A DNA stretch of 64,000 nt from Candidatus Marinacidobacterales bacterium (GTDB lineage: Bacteria; Acidobacteriota; Vicinamibacteria; Marinacidobacterales; SMYC01): positions 768,001 through 832,000 of the forward strand of contig OZ250169.1 in assembly GCA_965237955.1 (NCBI GenBank), in the 5' to 3' direction. The translations under genes were made by a program, and so were the position numbers. The notes under the pieces are model-generated. The model saw only the letters and a program-made list of their open reading frames with translations. It made no database searches and had not been told where the DNA came from. Positions 46,498 through 56,814 of this stretch are shown one piece after another. Within the stretch, counting starts at the first letter, position 1. Every line of letters begins with the position of its first letter.

Positions 46498-47304
46498 TCA
46501 GAACACCCTTTTGATAATCTTGTTGACCCCAGAAATCAGTTCATCGACTTGAGTCTTCGTAGGTTCAGAATTCCGAGCATGGTTACAGAGATTCCTCAAG
46601 TCCGCGAGATGCTGAATGAATCGCCATGTTGCGACATCCACTACGTCTGCCCCCTTAAGCACTTCGCTGAAGTCACTGATGGTTGGTTTCTTCTTCCGAA
46701 TCGTTAGCGAACGAACTTCGCAGACTTTGTGCAGATGCTTCTCCAAGACCACTCCCGCGATCGCCCCAGCGGCCCGTGTAAACTTTTTCTTGGCTAGCTC
46801 AGACGCGGCGTCGAGTTCCGAATCGAAGAGGTCTGCCGTAACGAGTGACTGAATGTCGAATAGAGAACTCTCGAATCGTGCCTTGACGGCTTTCAGGATG
46901 TTCAACTGCTGCTGGAAGTGTGGGATCGCAGCCTCTGGACCAACGACCTTCTCCCCATGAAAACGTGTGATAGTCAATCCTTGAAGACGGTCTTCGATTC
47001 GATAGTTTTCGTACGTGATTTTTTTGCGAGATCTTGGCTTTTCATAGTGGCGGACGAAATCATCGAGCCGGTCAGGCAAGAGCTGCTTGATAAGAACTTT
47101 TGCCTCCGAATACCACGCTTGATATTCAGAGCTGAACGACGGCAGGCGGCCGGCCAATTTCTTCAGCTCGTCTTTGTCTTTGTCGATCCTTCTTGATTGG
47201 AGTTCGGCCGAAATCTCTTCAACCTTGCACACGTCCTCCAAGACTTCGCCGCGCTCGACGAGAGTTTCCAGATCCTTATTGTATCGGTCGAGATTCGACG
47301 CCAT
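46498..47304 (-). CDS. HEPN-domain protein (DUF4145-like)
   Basis: AAGAIAGVVLEKHL and RxxxxH motif LRNLCNH. Confidence 0.75.
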   Translation of the reverse strand: MASNLDRYNKDLETLVERGEVLEDVCKVEEISAELQSRRIDKDKDELKKLAGRLPSFSSEYQAWYSEAKVLIKQLLPDRLDDFVRHYEKPRSRKKITYENYRIEDRLQGLTITRFHGEKVVGPEAAIPHFQQQLNILKAVKARFESSLFDIQSLVTADLFDSELDAASELAKKKFTRAAGAIAGVVLEKHLHKVCEVRSLTIRKKKPTISDFSEVLKGADVVDVATWRFIQHLADLRNLCNHARNSEPTKTQVDELISGVNKIIKRVF

Positions 47305-47616
47305 CAGCGATGCTAACTTATTGTGCTCGTCTAAATCGATTACGACTCACTCGAGATTGTATATCATGCAGGTGCTTGCGCTGTTTACTGTTGATAATAT
47401 GTACGTATCCCTTTGAAAAAAGGCGCTTACGCTCCATTTAGCGCGCAGCGAAGGTCACGAGCGCTATTTCGGCTGTAATTTAATGCACCGTAAAGTCTTA
47501 GCGTCATCTCACCAACACTTAATGGCAGAAGCACCGCCACCAACGAAAAATGTGCGGGAATTCGCTTCCGAAACCCACCGGCGTTGCCCAGGTCGGAGAT
47601 GGAACTCTTTTGAATT

Positions 47617-48170
47617 GAACCCCTCACGTGCTGCTCGTGATATTTCCCTGTTCGCTCATCTCAATTCCCTGTTTTCCCAGAGCAATTCGCTGTTCGCCTA
47701 TTTCAAATTCCCTGTTCTTTCGGAACAGGGAATTGCCATCTAACCATTTGAAACATAGAGAGTTATCACGTGAAAAACGGCCGAATCGGCAAAAAATGGC
47801 CCAAATTCCCTGTTAATTCCCTGTTATTGATGGTTTTCAGCCGAGACCGGATAGCTCCAAACTGCCCCATCCGCCACCCAGTCCGGCCGATTGTGGCACT
47901 GCAGAGACGGGTGAGGTTTTCCGCGCAGTTGGCGGGGTTTTGCAGGATCAGGTGGCACCAGAGACGCACTAGAAGGGCTGAACGGGCCTCACTTTCGGTA
48001 TTCGTCTCTAATCTCGATTTTCGAGTGCCACGTTTGCGCCAAAGGGGGGAGCGGGCCGCTGACAGGACCGTGCAGCGCCGGAAAAGAGGCCGCCCGAGGT
48101 ATCCAGAATCAAGGCCAGGGCTACCGCGGCGTAGCCGGCTAGCACGTTCTGGTCCAGGTGCGGCCCGGGC
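47617..48170 (+). repeat. TTCCCTG iteron cluster plus the 330-bp repeat, copy 3
   Basis: Homologous to 42504-43053. Confidence 0.85.
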
Positions 48171-48511
48171 CTAGATCCAGGTCTCCGCCCGGGAGCGTGG
48201 CATCCCGTTGCTGGACGGTGTTTTCCCTGCGCGTACGGGGAACCCGAATCGCCGACATCGCCTCCGACGCGCCCCAAATCTAGGGCTCGCCATGGGTCGA
48301 TGACGATCGAAACGGCCCGGCGCGCGAGTCTTGAGTTCGTTTGTGTTTTTGGACAGGACGGGGTTGTGCCTTCTATATTATTCATCCGCGCGCACCGCCG
48401 CCCAGCCCATCCTCAATGAGCTGGTTCATGAGACAGCATAGATTGCCGGCTAGTCTGCCGGCTAGTTTGCCGGCTTTAGATATTGATTCTATCTGCTATG
48501 ATGCCTCCTCC

Positions 48512-49351
48512 ATGGGCGTAATATCCGATTCGAACTTCGAAGCGGGCATTACTGGACTTGCGGACGGCCAGGCCATGGTCTGGGGTTTCCGCTCGGGCGA
48601 CCGAGGCACCCACACCAGCCGCACGATGATGCTGGCGGAGCTTTCAAATCTCTTGAATGCGGCTCCCGGCGAGGCGACCCGAAAGGACTACGCAGATGCG
48701 GTCATGGAGGACAATTGCCTGAGCAAGAGGACAGCGGCGACTCGAAAACTCTCGCTCCAGCGGCTGACTGAGCTCTACGGTCTCGATGCCCACCTGATTT
48801 TGTTCCGGGTGCTGAGAGACCTTTGGGGCCGGCACGAAACCAGTCGGCCGCTCTTGGGGTTGTTGCTAGCTCTCGCTCGAGATCCCCTGCTAAGGGTAAT
48901 CGCGACAGCCGTCATCCGGACGCCGTTTGGCCACGAGTTCGCCCGCCAAACCATGAAAGACGCCCTCTCCGATGCCGTCGGCGATCGACTCAACGAGGCG
49001 ACGCTCGACAAGGTCGTTCGCAATGCCTCGTCCTCGTGGACACAATCCGGCCACTTACACGGACGGGGGCGGAAAACCAGGCAACGCGTGCAGCCGACCT
49101 GCGCCGCAACAACATACGCATTGCTGTTGGGATTTGCTGCGGGCCGTCGTGGCCGCATGCTGTTCGAGACACCTTGGGCCGCCATCCTGGATGTCGGTCC
49201 TGACGAACTCATCGACCTTGCCGTCGATGCCAAGCGGCTAGGGCTACTCGATCTCAAGCAGTCCGGCACGATCATTGATGTGTCCTTTCCGACCATGTTC
49301 ACTGAGAAGGAACGGGAGTTGATTCATGGACCGCATCGACAGGCTGGCTGA
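48512..49351 (+). CDS. BREX first gene, BrxA-like (positional call)
   Basis: GTHTSRTMML, RLTELYGLD, RNASSSWTQSGHL; overlaps brxB; start codon uncertain. Confidence 0.7.
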   Translation: MGVISDSNFEAGITGLADGQAMVWGFRSGDRGTHTSRTMMLAELSNLLNAAPGEATRKDYADAVMEDNCLSKRTAATRKLSLQRLTELYGLDAHLILFRVLRDLWGRHETSRPLLGLLLALARDPLLRVIATAVIRTPFGHEFARQTMKDALSDAVGDRLNEATLDKVVRNASSSWTQSGHLHGRGRKTRQRVQPTCAATTYALLLGFAAGRRGRMLFETPWAAILDVGPDELIDLAVDAKRLGLLDLKQSGTIIDVSFPTMFTEKERELIHGPHRQAG

Positions 49352-49895
49352 GCGCTACAAGAGCTACATCGCGCTACCGTGGCAGAAAGACCTGGCCGGA
49401 GCGCAACGGACCATGTTCATTGTATACGACAAGGCCGATGAGCGACGGCTGCGCGCACGCAAGGATCTGTTCGCGCTGGCCACTACGGAAGCGGGGCATG
49501 GCTGGATCGAATGTGACCTGACCAAGGTCTTCGCGGAGTGGATGGCGAATACGGAGTATCGCGACAGCTACTTCGAATCTCCGGAAGCCCTCGAACTCAA
49601 GCTGGATGATGACTTTCTGGAGCATGTCGCCGGCCGGGTCAGAGCAGCGTTGATGGTGGTGGAAGCAGATGACAAGGCGGTGGTGGGAATCTTTGGGATT
49701 GCCTCGCTGTTCGGATTCGTCCGCGTATCGGAACTCATGAAGGAGATCGAGCGGGATATCAGAGGTCGCGTGGCGGTGTTTTTCCCTGGGGAGTACGAGA
49801 ACAGCAACTATCGGTTGCTGGACGCACGGGATGGGTGGAACTACCTCGCAGTCCCGATCACCCTGCAAGAAGGTCGAGGAGTGTACGAGGCATGA
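49326..49895 (+). CDS. brxB: BREX protein BrxB (DUF1788)
   Basis: VFFPGEYE..YRLLDARDGWNYLA; lies directly before brxC. Confidence 0.85.
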   Translation: MDRIDRLAERYKSYIALPWQKDLAGAQRTMFIVYDKADERRLRARKDLFALATTEAGHGWIECDLTKVFAEWMANTEYRDSYFESPEALELKLDDDFLEHVAGRVRAALMVVEADDKAVVGIFGIASLFGFVRVSELMKEIERDIRGRVAVFFPGEYENSNYRLLDARDGWNYLAVPITLQEGRGVYEA

Positions 49896-52800
49896 TCAAT
49901 CGAGATATCTACCAGAGAGACCCCAGCCAGATCACTTTATTGAACAACGGCGTCGCGACCATGACGGACGCCTTGACCGATGACGAGCGCCTTACGCTAC
50001 GGTTCGAACTTGAGCACTTCGTCTGCGAAGGGGAATATCAGCGCGGCCTCGTTCGCATTCTCGATTCCTACGTCAGGAATCAGGGCCAACCCGAGCAGCA
50101 AGCCGCCTGGATCAGCGGGTTTTTCGGAAGTGGTAAGTCTCACCTCGCCAAAATGCTGCGCTTCCTCTGGACGGACTACACGTTCCCGGAAGACGGCGCG
50201 ACTGCGCGCGGCCTAGCACGGTTGCCGAACGATGTGCGGGACCTGCTGAAAGAGATTTCGACCCTGGGCAAGCGGGGTCACCGGTTGCATGCTGCAGCAG
50301 GAACTCTTGGCGCTGGAGCCGGAGACAGCGTGCGGCTCGCGCTTCTCGGAATCGTGTTCAAGTCCGCCGAGCTCCCTGAGAGTTATCCCCAGGCGCGCTT
50401 CTGTCTTTGGCTGAAGAAGAACAACATCTACGATCAAGTCTGCGCCGCAGTCGAAGCGGAAGGCAGGGAGTTTCGACGCGAGCTGAACGACCTCTACGTC
50501 AGCCCGCTGATCGCCAAAGCGTTGCTCGCATCCGACTCGAACTTCGCCGCCAACGAGAAGGAAGCCAAGTCCGCATTGCGCGCCCAGTTTCCGAAACCCA
50601 AGGACATCACCACCGATGAGTTCACGAGTGCCTTGCAGGAGGCCCTGGCATTCACCGGCAAAATGCCTTGCACGGTCATCATTCTTGACGAGGTGCAGCA
50701 GTACATTGGTGACGACTCCAGCCGATCCTACATCGTGCAGGAGGTAGTGGAGGCCTGCAGCAAACGATTCGGTGACCGCGTGCTCTTCCTCGGCACGGGC
50801 CAAACGGCCCTGTCCGGGACACCGGCATTGCAACGCCTGCAGGGCCGCTTCACGGTCAACGTGGAACTCTCGGACAACGACGTCGAGACGGTCACCCGGC
50901 GGGTCGTGCTGGCGAAGCGCCCGGACCGTGTGAACAACGTCACATCCACACTGGAATCCAATGCCGGCGAACTCGACCGCCACTTGGTCGGCACCGCAAT
51001 CGGCCCGCGCAGCGAGGACAAGTCTATTCTCGTGGAGGACTATCCGTTACTGCCCGTGCGACGACGTTTCTGGGAGCACACGCTACGCGCGGTTGATCGC
51101 GCGGGCACGGCGGGGCAACTCCGCACGCAGCTGCGGATCGTCTACGACGCAATCCGATGTACAGCTGAAGAACCGCTTGGCACTGTGGTGCCGGCGGATT
51201 TCCTGTTCGAGGAGATCTCCGCCAACTTGCTGCAGTCCGGTGTGCTGCTGCGCGAGGTCAACGAGACTATCATCGCGCAGGACGACGGGACGCCCGAGGG
51301 GCAACTCAAGTCCCGTCTATGTGCCTTGGTCTTTCTGATCCGCAAACTGCCCCGGGACGCTGGCATGAACATCGGCGTTCGCGCCACGACGGAAACCCTT
51401 GCGGATTTGCTGGTGAAGGACTTGGCCAAGGATGGCTCCGCGCTGCGCGGTCAGCTTCCGAAGCTGTTGGACGATCTGGTTGCCACCGGCACGTTGATGA
51501 AGCTGGACGACGAATTCAGCCTGCAGACGCGCGCGAGCAGCGAGTGGGAAGCCGAGTTCCGCAATCGGCAAACCAGGCTTGTCAACGATCCCACCAGAAT
51601 GAGCGACAAGCGTGCTCAGCTATTGGGTGCTGCGGTTCAGGATGCTATCGGGTCCGTAAAGCTGCTGCATGGCGAGTGTAAGGAGCCCAGAAAACTCGCG
51701 TTGCACTTCGGCACCGAACCACCGCCAAGCACCGCGCACGAGATCCCGATGTGGATCCGTGATGGGTGGGGCGCTGATGAGAGGAGCGTGATCGCCGATG
51801 CGCGTGCGGCCGGATCAGACAGCCCGATGATCCATGTGTTTATACCTAAGTCTCGCGCTGATGCGCTCGCCCGTGTCATTGCTTCACAGAGCGCGGCTAA
51901 AGACACGCGAGAATACAAGGGTGTGCCGTCGAGCCCTGAGGGTATCGAGGCGCGTCAAGGCATGGAAACGCGGCTGACTGAAGCGGTCAATAATCTGCGG
52001 GCACTGGTCGCTGAAGTGATCGATGGCACAAAGGTGTTTCAGGGCGGTGGTACCGAGCGGTTGGAGGCCTCCCTGCTGGACAGGGTCAGGAAAGCGGCCG
52101 ACGCGTCTCTTGACCGTCTCTTCTATGACTTCAAGGACGCCGACGATCATCGATGGCCGAAAGTCATCGAACGCGCTCGTAAAGGTGCCGAGCACCCTCT
52201 GGAGGCACTGGACTACAACGGTAAGACCGAAGATCACCCTGTCTGCTCAGCCGTGCTGTCCTTCGTGGGTTCCGGTAAGAAGGGTAAGGACGTGCGCGCT
52301 CACTTCTCGGACCCGCCTTACGGCTGGTCGCGCGATGCGGTCGATGCCGCGCTCATCAGCCTCTTCGGCACCGGGCATCTGCGGGCAACGGCCAACGGTA
52401 CGCCGCTCAAGCCGCGGCAGCTTGACCAGGCGAAGGTGTCGAGCACGGACTTCCGCGTCGAGAGCGCGACCATCGACACCCGTCAACGCCTCAAGGTACG
52501 CAAGCTGTTCCAGACGGTCGGAGTTGCCTGCAAACCGAACGAAGAGGCGGTGGCCGCCGGAGAGTTCCTGACTCGCTTAAGCGAGCTAGCCCGTGGCGCC
52601 GGCGGTGAAGACCCGCTACCCGAGCGCCCTGACACACATCACCTGCTGGACCTTCAATCGCTCGCCGGCAACGAGCAGTTGGTCGGCATCCTTGACCTGC
52701 ACGGTGAGCTCATAAAAAATATCGGAGACTGGGTCAAGGCGTGCGATCTGGCCGAGAAGCGCCTGCCAACCTACACGCGTTTAGTGTCATTGGCTCGGCA

Positions 52801-53335
52801 TGCAGACGAGCTGGAATCTGCGAAAGAAGCGCAACTTCAGATCGAGGCCATCACGACCAACCGCAGCCTGCTCGATGCGACGGATCCAGTGCCCAACCTC
52901 ACTAAGATACTCGCGGATGCACTGCGCTCGACTCTTGTGCAAGCGGAGAAGCACTACTCTGAAATCTACGGTGAGGAGCGGCAGCGCCTAGAGGCCGCCG
53001 AGAGCTGGCAGAAGATCAACCAAGCGGACCGTGATCGGATTCTCAAGGAACTGCATATCGAGAAAATCACGAAAGGCGCGACCGGCACCGAGCAGGAGGT
53101 GCTGGAATCTCTCGAACGGATTTCCTTTGACGCTTGGCGAACGTGCACCGCGGCGCTGCCCCAGATCTTTGCGGACGCCCGCGTTCAGGCCGACAAGCTC
53201 GTCGAGCCGAAGACACATCACGTCAAGCTCGGCAGCGCCACCCTCCGTTCACCAGAAGAGGTAACAGCTTGGGTTGAAAAGACCGAGCAGGACCTGCTCG
53301 AGCACCTCAAGCAAGGCCCTATCGTGGTGTCGTAG
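49892..53335 (+). CDS. brxC: BREX P-loop ATPase BrxC
   Basis: WISGFFGSGKSH, ILDEVQQYI, PPYGW. Confidence 0.92.
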   Translation: MINRDIYQRDPSQITLLNNGVATMTDALTDDERLTLRFELEHFVCEGEYQRGLVRILDSYVRNQGQPEQQAAWISGFFGSGKSHLAKMLRFLWTDYTFPEDGATARGLARLPNDVRDLLKEISTLGKRGHRLHAAAGTLGAGAGDSVRLALLGIVFKSAELPESYPQARFCLWLKKNNIYDQVCAAVEAEGREFRRELNDLYVSPLIAKALLASDSNFAANEKEAKSALRAQFPKPKDITTDEFTSALQEALAFTGKMPCTVIILDEVQQYIGDDSSRSYIVQEVVEACSKRFGDRVLFLGTGQTALSGTPALQRLQGRFTVNVELSDNDVETVTRRVVLAKRPDRVNNVTSTLESNAGELDRHLVGTAIGPRSEDKSILVEDYPLLPVRRRFWEHTLRAVDRAGTAGQLRTQLRIVYDAIRCTAEEPLGTVVPADFLFEEISANLLQSGVLLREVNETIIAQDDGTPEGQLKSRLCALVFLIRKLPRDAGMNIGVRATTETLADLLVKDLAKDGSALRGQLPKLLDDLVATGTLMKLDDEFSLQTRASSEWEAEFRNRQTRLVNDPTRMSDKRAQLLGAAVQDAIGSVKLLHGECKEPRKLALHFGTEPPPSTAHEIPMWIRDGWGADERSVIADARAAGSDSPMIHVFIPKSRADALARVIASQSAAKDTREYKGVPSSPEGIEARQGMETRLTEAVNNLRALVAEVIDGTKVFQGGGTERLEASLLDRVRKAADASLDRLFYDFKDADDHRWPKVIERARKGAEHPLEALDYNGKTEDHPVCSAVLSFVGSGKKGKDVRAHFSDPPYGWSRDAVDAALISLFGTGHLRATANGTPLKPRQLDQAKVSSTDFRVESATIDTRQRLKVRKLFQTVGVACKPNEEAVAAGEFLTRLSELARGAGGEDPLPERPDTHHLLDLQSLAGNEQLVGILDLHGELIKNIGDWVKACDLAEKRLPTYTRLVSLARHADELESAKEAQLQIEAITTNRSLLDATDPVPNLTKILADALRSTLVQAEKHYSEIYGEERQRLEAAESWQKINQADRDRILKELHIEKITKGATGTEQEVLESLERISFDAWRTCTAALPQIFADARVQADKLVEPKTHHVKLGSATLRSPEEVTAWVEKTEQDLLEHLKQGPIVVS

Positions 53336-53343
53336 GAACGGAA

Positions 53344-56300
53344 ATGAAGACACTTTCCACTGAGTTTCGCAGACAGCTTGAGCGCACGGTCATCGAAGCG
53401 AGAGATGTGGCCGAGGGCGGCGCCCGCGTTGCGCTAGAGGCGCTCGCTGTGCACCACTACGAGCCCTACGAGCACATGGCGTCGGGCCAGCGTACGCTGA
53501 GTCGGAGACTGCGCGCACACGCCCGCCAGCTTGGTGACCGTCGCGATACGAGCTCGGGCGGTCATGGGATCGATCATCTCATGCACGAGTGTGCCTATGA
53601 GCACTGGCACGGCATGCTGTTCGCCCGCTTTCTCGCCGAGAACGATCTGCTCATAGAACCGGCGATGGGAGTCGCCATTTCCATGAAGGAGTGCGAAGAA
53701 CTGGCCAGGGAGAAAGGCGTCGACAAGTGGGAGCTCGCCGCGCGCTTCGCCCACCATATGTTGCCTCAAGTGTTCAGACCGGACCATCCGGTATTCGAGG
53801 TTCAGTTTGCGCGGGAACACCGGTTGAAACTGGAGGGCCTAGTCGAGGGACTGCCGTCGGATGTGTTCAAGGCGACCGACTCTCTCGGCTGGGTTTACCA
53901 ATTCTGGCAGTCCAAGAACAAGAACGAGGTCAACCGTTCCGAAGTCAAAATCGGTGCGGCCGAGCTGCCGGCGGTGACCCAGCTCTTCACCGAGCCCTAC
54001 ATGGTGCAGTTCCTGCTGCACAACTCGCTGGGGGCGTGGTGGGTCAGTCGACACCCGGATACGCGGTGTCCACTGGAGTTGACTTACCTGCGCAAGACTG
54101 AAGGCGGTGTGCCCGCCGCGGGCGGATTCGAGGGCTGGCCCGACGATCTCTCAGAACTTCGTCTGCTCGACCCGTGCTGCGGTTCGGGACACTTCCTGGT
54201 CGCGGCGTTCTTAATGTTGGTTCCCTTGCGCATGGTGCTGGAGGATCTCAGTGCCGCCGAGGCGGTGGGCGCCGTGCTTCGCGACAACCTGCACGGGCTG
54301 GAGTTGGACCAGCGTTGCGTGGAGATTGCGGCTTTCTCAATCGCCCTGGCCGCTTGGACCTATCCTGGCGCAGGCGGGTATCGAACTCTGCCGGAGCTGA
54401 ACCTCGCCTGCTCGGGGCTGGCGCCCAACACGGCGAAGGAACAGTGGCTCGCGTTGGCGGAGCTGGCCGCGGCCGCTGGCGGGATGCCGCCGGAGCGGGA
54501 CCTGTTCGGTGTCGACGACTCGCTGCTCTCCGCCCCGCTCCGCAACAGCCTGGACGCGCTCTACGATCTGTTCGCACAGGCGCCGGAACTCGGTTCGCTC
54601 ATCGACCCGAGCACGCTGAAGGGCAACCTCCTCCAGAGCAGCTTCGAGTCGGTGCGGGTATTGCTGGCAAAAGTGCTGGAACGAGAGCGAACGAACGATG
54701 AGCAGACCGAGCGCGCCGTGGCCGCGCAGGGGATGGCGCGCGCAACAGAGTTGCTGGCCGAACGGTACCACTGGGTGATCACCAACGTGCCCTACCTCTT
54801 CCGCGGCAAGCAGGGCGAAAGGCTGCGGGCCTTCTGTGAACAGCGTTACCCCGCCGCAAAGAACGATCTGGCCACCGTGTTCCTGGAGCGCTGCCTGGAG
54901 CTGTGCGCCGAGGGCGGAACTGCCAGTCTCGTGCTGCCTCAGAACTGGCTGTTTCTCAGCAGCTACCGAAAGCTCCGGGAGAAGCTCCTGAAGACAGAGA
55001 CTTGGCATCTGCTCGCCCGGTTGGGACCAAGAGCCTTCGAAACCATCAATGGAGAGGTCGTCAAGGCGATTTTGCTCACCCTGAGCCGCAGTCATCCCAG
55101 CCACCGTCCAGGCGACGTGTTCGGCGAATCAACGGCCGGCAATACGATGTACAGTCTGGACGTCTCCGAATCCCGCACCGCCAGCGAGAAAGCTGCGCGG
55201 TTGTCGGAGGTGGAGACAACAGGGCGCCTGCAGCGGGAATACTTGCGGAATCCGCACCAAGTCATTTCATCCGATAGTCTCCCAAAAGGAGAGTTGCTGG
55301 CTAACTTTGCTGACTATGGCAAGGGCAGCACGACCGGCGACAGTCCAAGATTCTTGGCGTATTTCTGGGAGTTCTCCGCCACTGCGTCGCATCATGTTAA
55401 ATGGCTCAACTCGCCAAGCAAAAAGGGATGGTCCGGGCGGATGCAAGTCTGCAAGGTACCATTGACCGATGCGAATCTGACCGCACAGAGGGGCTGTAGG
55501 ATACACGGCCGTCGGGTCTTTGGGAGGACCGGAGTAGCGGTCAACAAGATGCGACGATTAGAGCCTTTTCTCTACGCAGGAGAAGTTTTTGACGACAATG
55601 TGTGCCCAATCTCGCCGAGGAATGTCGGTCTTAACGCTGCTGTTTGGTCGTATGTTCAATCAGACCAGTATCACGACAATGTGCGAGCCATCGACCAGCA
55701 ACTGAAGGTCACAGCTGCGACTCTGACGAGGATTCCCTTTGACCTCGACCACTGGACCAAAGTCGCCGAAACAAGATATCCGAACGGCCTGCCCGATCCC
55801 TACTCCGACGACCCGACCCAATGGATATTCCACGGTCACCCCGGCGGGTCCGTAGTCTGGGACGAGACGGAGAAGCGAACCGCTCACGGCCCGCTCCGCA
55901 CCGATCCCACAGTGTTGCAGATCGCCATCGCCCGTCTGCTAGGCTACCGCTGGCCAACGGAAAGCGACCCAGGCATGGAGCTGGCCGATGAGCAACGCCA
56001 ATGGGTGCGGCGCTGCGAAGCATTGCTGTACTGCGCGGACGAGGACGGCATCGTCTGCATTCAGTCGGTACGGGGCGAGCCACCCGCCGGGGAGCGGTTG
56101 CTGCAGCTGCTGGACGCCACCTTCGGCGACGACTGGAACGACAGCGTGCTCACCACACTGCTCGCGGAGACTGGCAGCCCGAACCTCGACGACTGGCTGC
56201 GCAATAGCTTTTTCGAACAGCACTGCAAGCTTTTCCATCATCGTCCGTTTGTATGGCATATCTGGGACGGTCGCAAACGCGACGGTTTCCACGCCTTGGT

Positions 56301-56814
56301 CAACTATCACAAGCTGGCAGAGAATGACGGTAAAGGCCGGCGCCTACTGGAGTCTCTGACCTACAGTTACCTTGGCGACTGGATCGCCCGGCAGCAGGAC
56401 GGCGTGAAACACGGTGAGGACGGTGCCGAGGATCGCCTGGCCGCAGCGCTGGAGTTGCAGAAACGGCTCATCGCCATCCTCGAAGGCGAGCCGCCCTTCG
56501 ATATCTTCATCCGCTGGAAACCGGTCGAGGAGCAGCCCATCGGCTGGGAGCCGGACATCAATGACGGTATTCGGCTCAACATCCGCCCCTTCATGGCGCA
56601 GGACCTCCCCCGCGGAAAGGAAGGCGCCGGCATCCTACGGGCCAAGCCGAACACCCATTGGAGGAAAGATCGTGGCAAAGAGCCTTTGCGCGAGCAGGAG
56701 CAGTTCCCCTGGTTTTGGAAGGGCGACAAGTTCACCGGGGAGCGGGTCAACCACGTGCACCTTGCTATCGCCGAGAAACGCGCCACCCGCGACCGTGAAG
56801 GGGGGAAATCATGA
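53344..56814 (+). CDS. pglX: BREX adenine DNA methyltransferase PglX
   Basis: GWVYQFW, PAVTQLFTEPYMV, LDPCCGSGHF, TNVPY, PDINDGIRLNI. Confidence 0.92.
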   Translation: MKTLSTEFRRQLERTVIEARDVAEGGARVALEALAVHHYEPYEHMASGQRTLSRRLRAHARQLGDRRDTSSGGHGIDHLMHECAYEHWHGMLFARFLAENDLLIEPAMGVAISMKECEELAREKGVDKWELAARFAHHMLPQVFRPDHPVFEVQFAREHRLKLEGLVEGLPSDVFKATDSLGWVYQFWQSKNKNEVNRSEVKIGAAELPAVTQLFTEPYMVQFLLHNSLGAWWVSRHPDTRCPLELTYLRKTEGGVPAAGGFEGWPDDLSELRLLDPCCGSGHFLVAAFLMLVPLRMVLEDLSAAEAVGAVLRDNLHGLELDQRCVEIAAFSIALAAWTYPGAGGYRTLPELNLACSGLAPNTAKEQWLALAELAAAAGGMPPERDLFGVDDSLLSAPLRNSLDALYDLFAQAPELGSLIDPSTLKGNLLQSSFESVRVLLAKVLERERTNDEQTERAVAAQGMARATELLAERYHWVITNVPYLFRGKQGERLRAFCEQRYPAAKNDLATVFLERCLELCAEGGTASLVLPQNWLFLSSYRKLREKLLKTETWHLLARLGPRAFETINGEVVKAILLTLSRSHPSHRPGDVFGESTAGNTMYSLDVSESRTASEKAARLSEVETTGRLQREYLRNPHQVISSDSLPKGELLANFADYGKGSTTGDSPRFLAYFWEFSATASHHVKWLNSPSKKGWSGRMQVCKVPLTDANLTAQRGCRIHGRRVFGRTGVAVNKMRRLEPFLYAGEVFDDNVCPISPRNVGLNAAVWSYVQSDQYHDNVRAIDQQLKVTAATLTRIPFDLDHWTKVAETRYPNGLPDPYSDDPTQWIFHGHPGGSVVWDETEKRTAHGPLRTDPTVLQIAIARLLGYRWPTESDPGMELADEQRQWVRRCEALLYCADEDGIVCIQSVRGEPPAGERLLQLLDATFGDDWNDSVLTTLLAETGSPNLDDWLRNSFFEQHCKLFHHRPFVWHIWDGRKRDGFHALVNYHKLAENDGKGRRLLESLTYSYLGDWIARQQDGVKHGEDGAEDRLAAALELQKRLIAILEGEPPFDIFIRWKPVEEQPIGWEPDINDGIRLNIRPFMAQDLPRGKEGAGILRAKPNTHWRKDRGKEPLREQEQFPWFWKGDKFTGERVNHVHLAIAEKRATRDREGGKS

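Noticed and set aside
47383-47413. dif-like sequence upstream of the HEPN gene
   Set aside because: The XerD arm does not match TTATGTTAAAT
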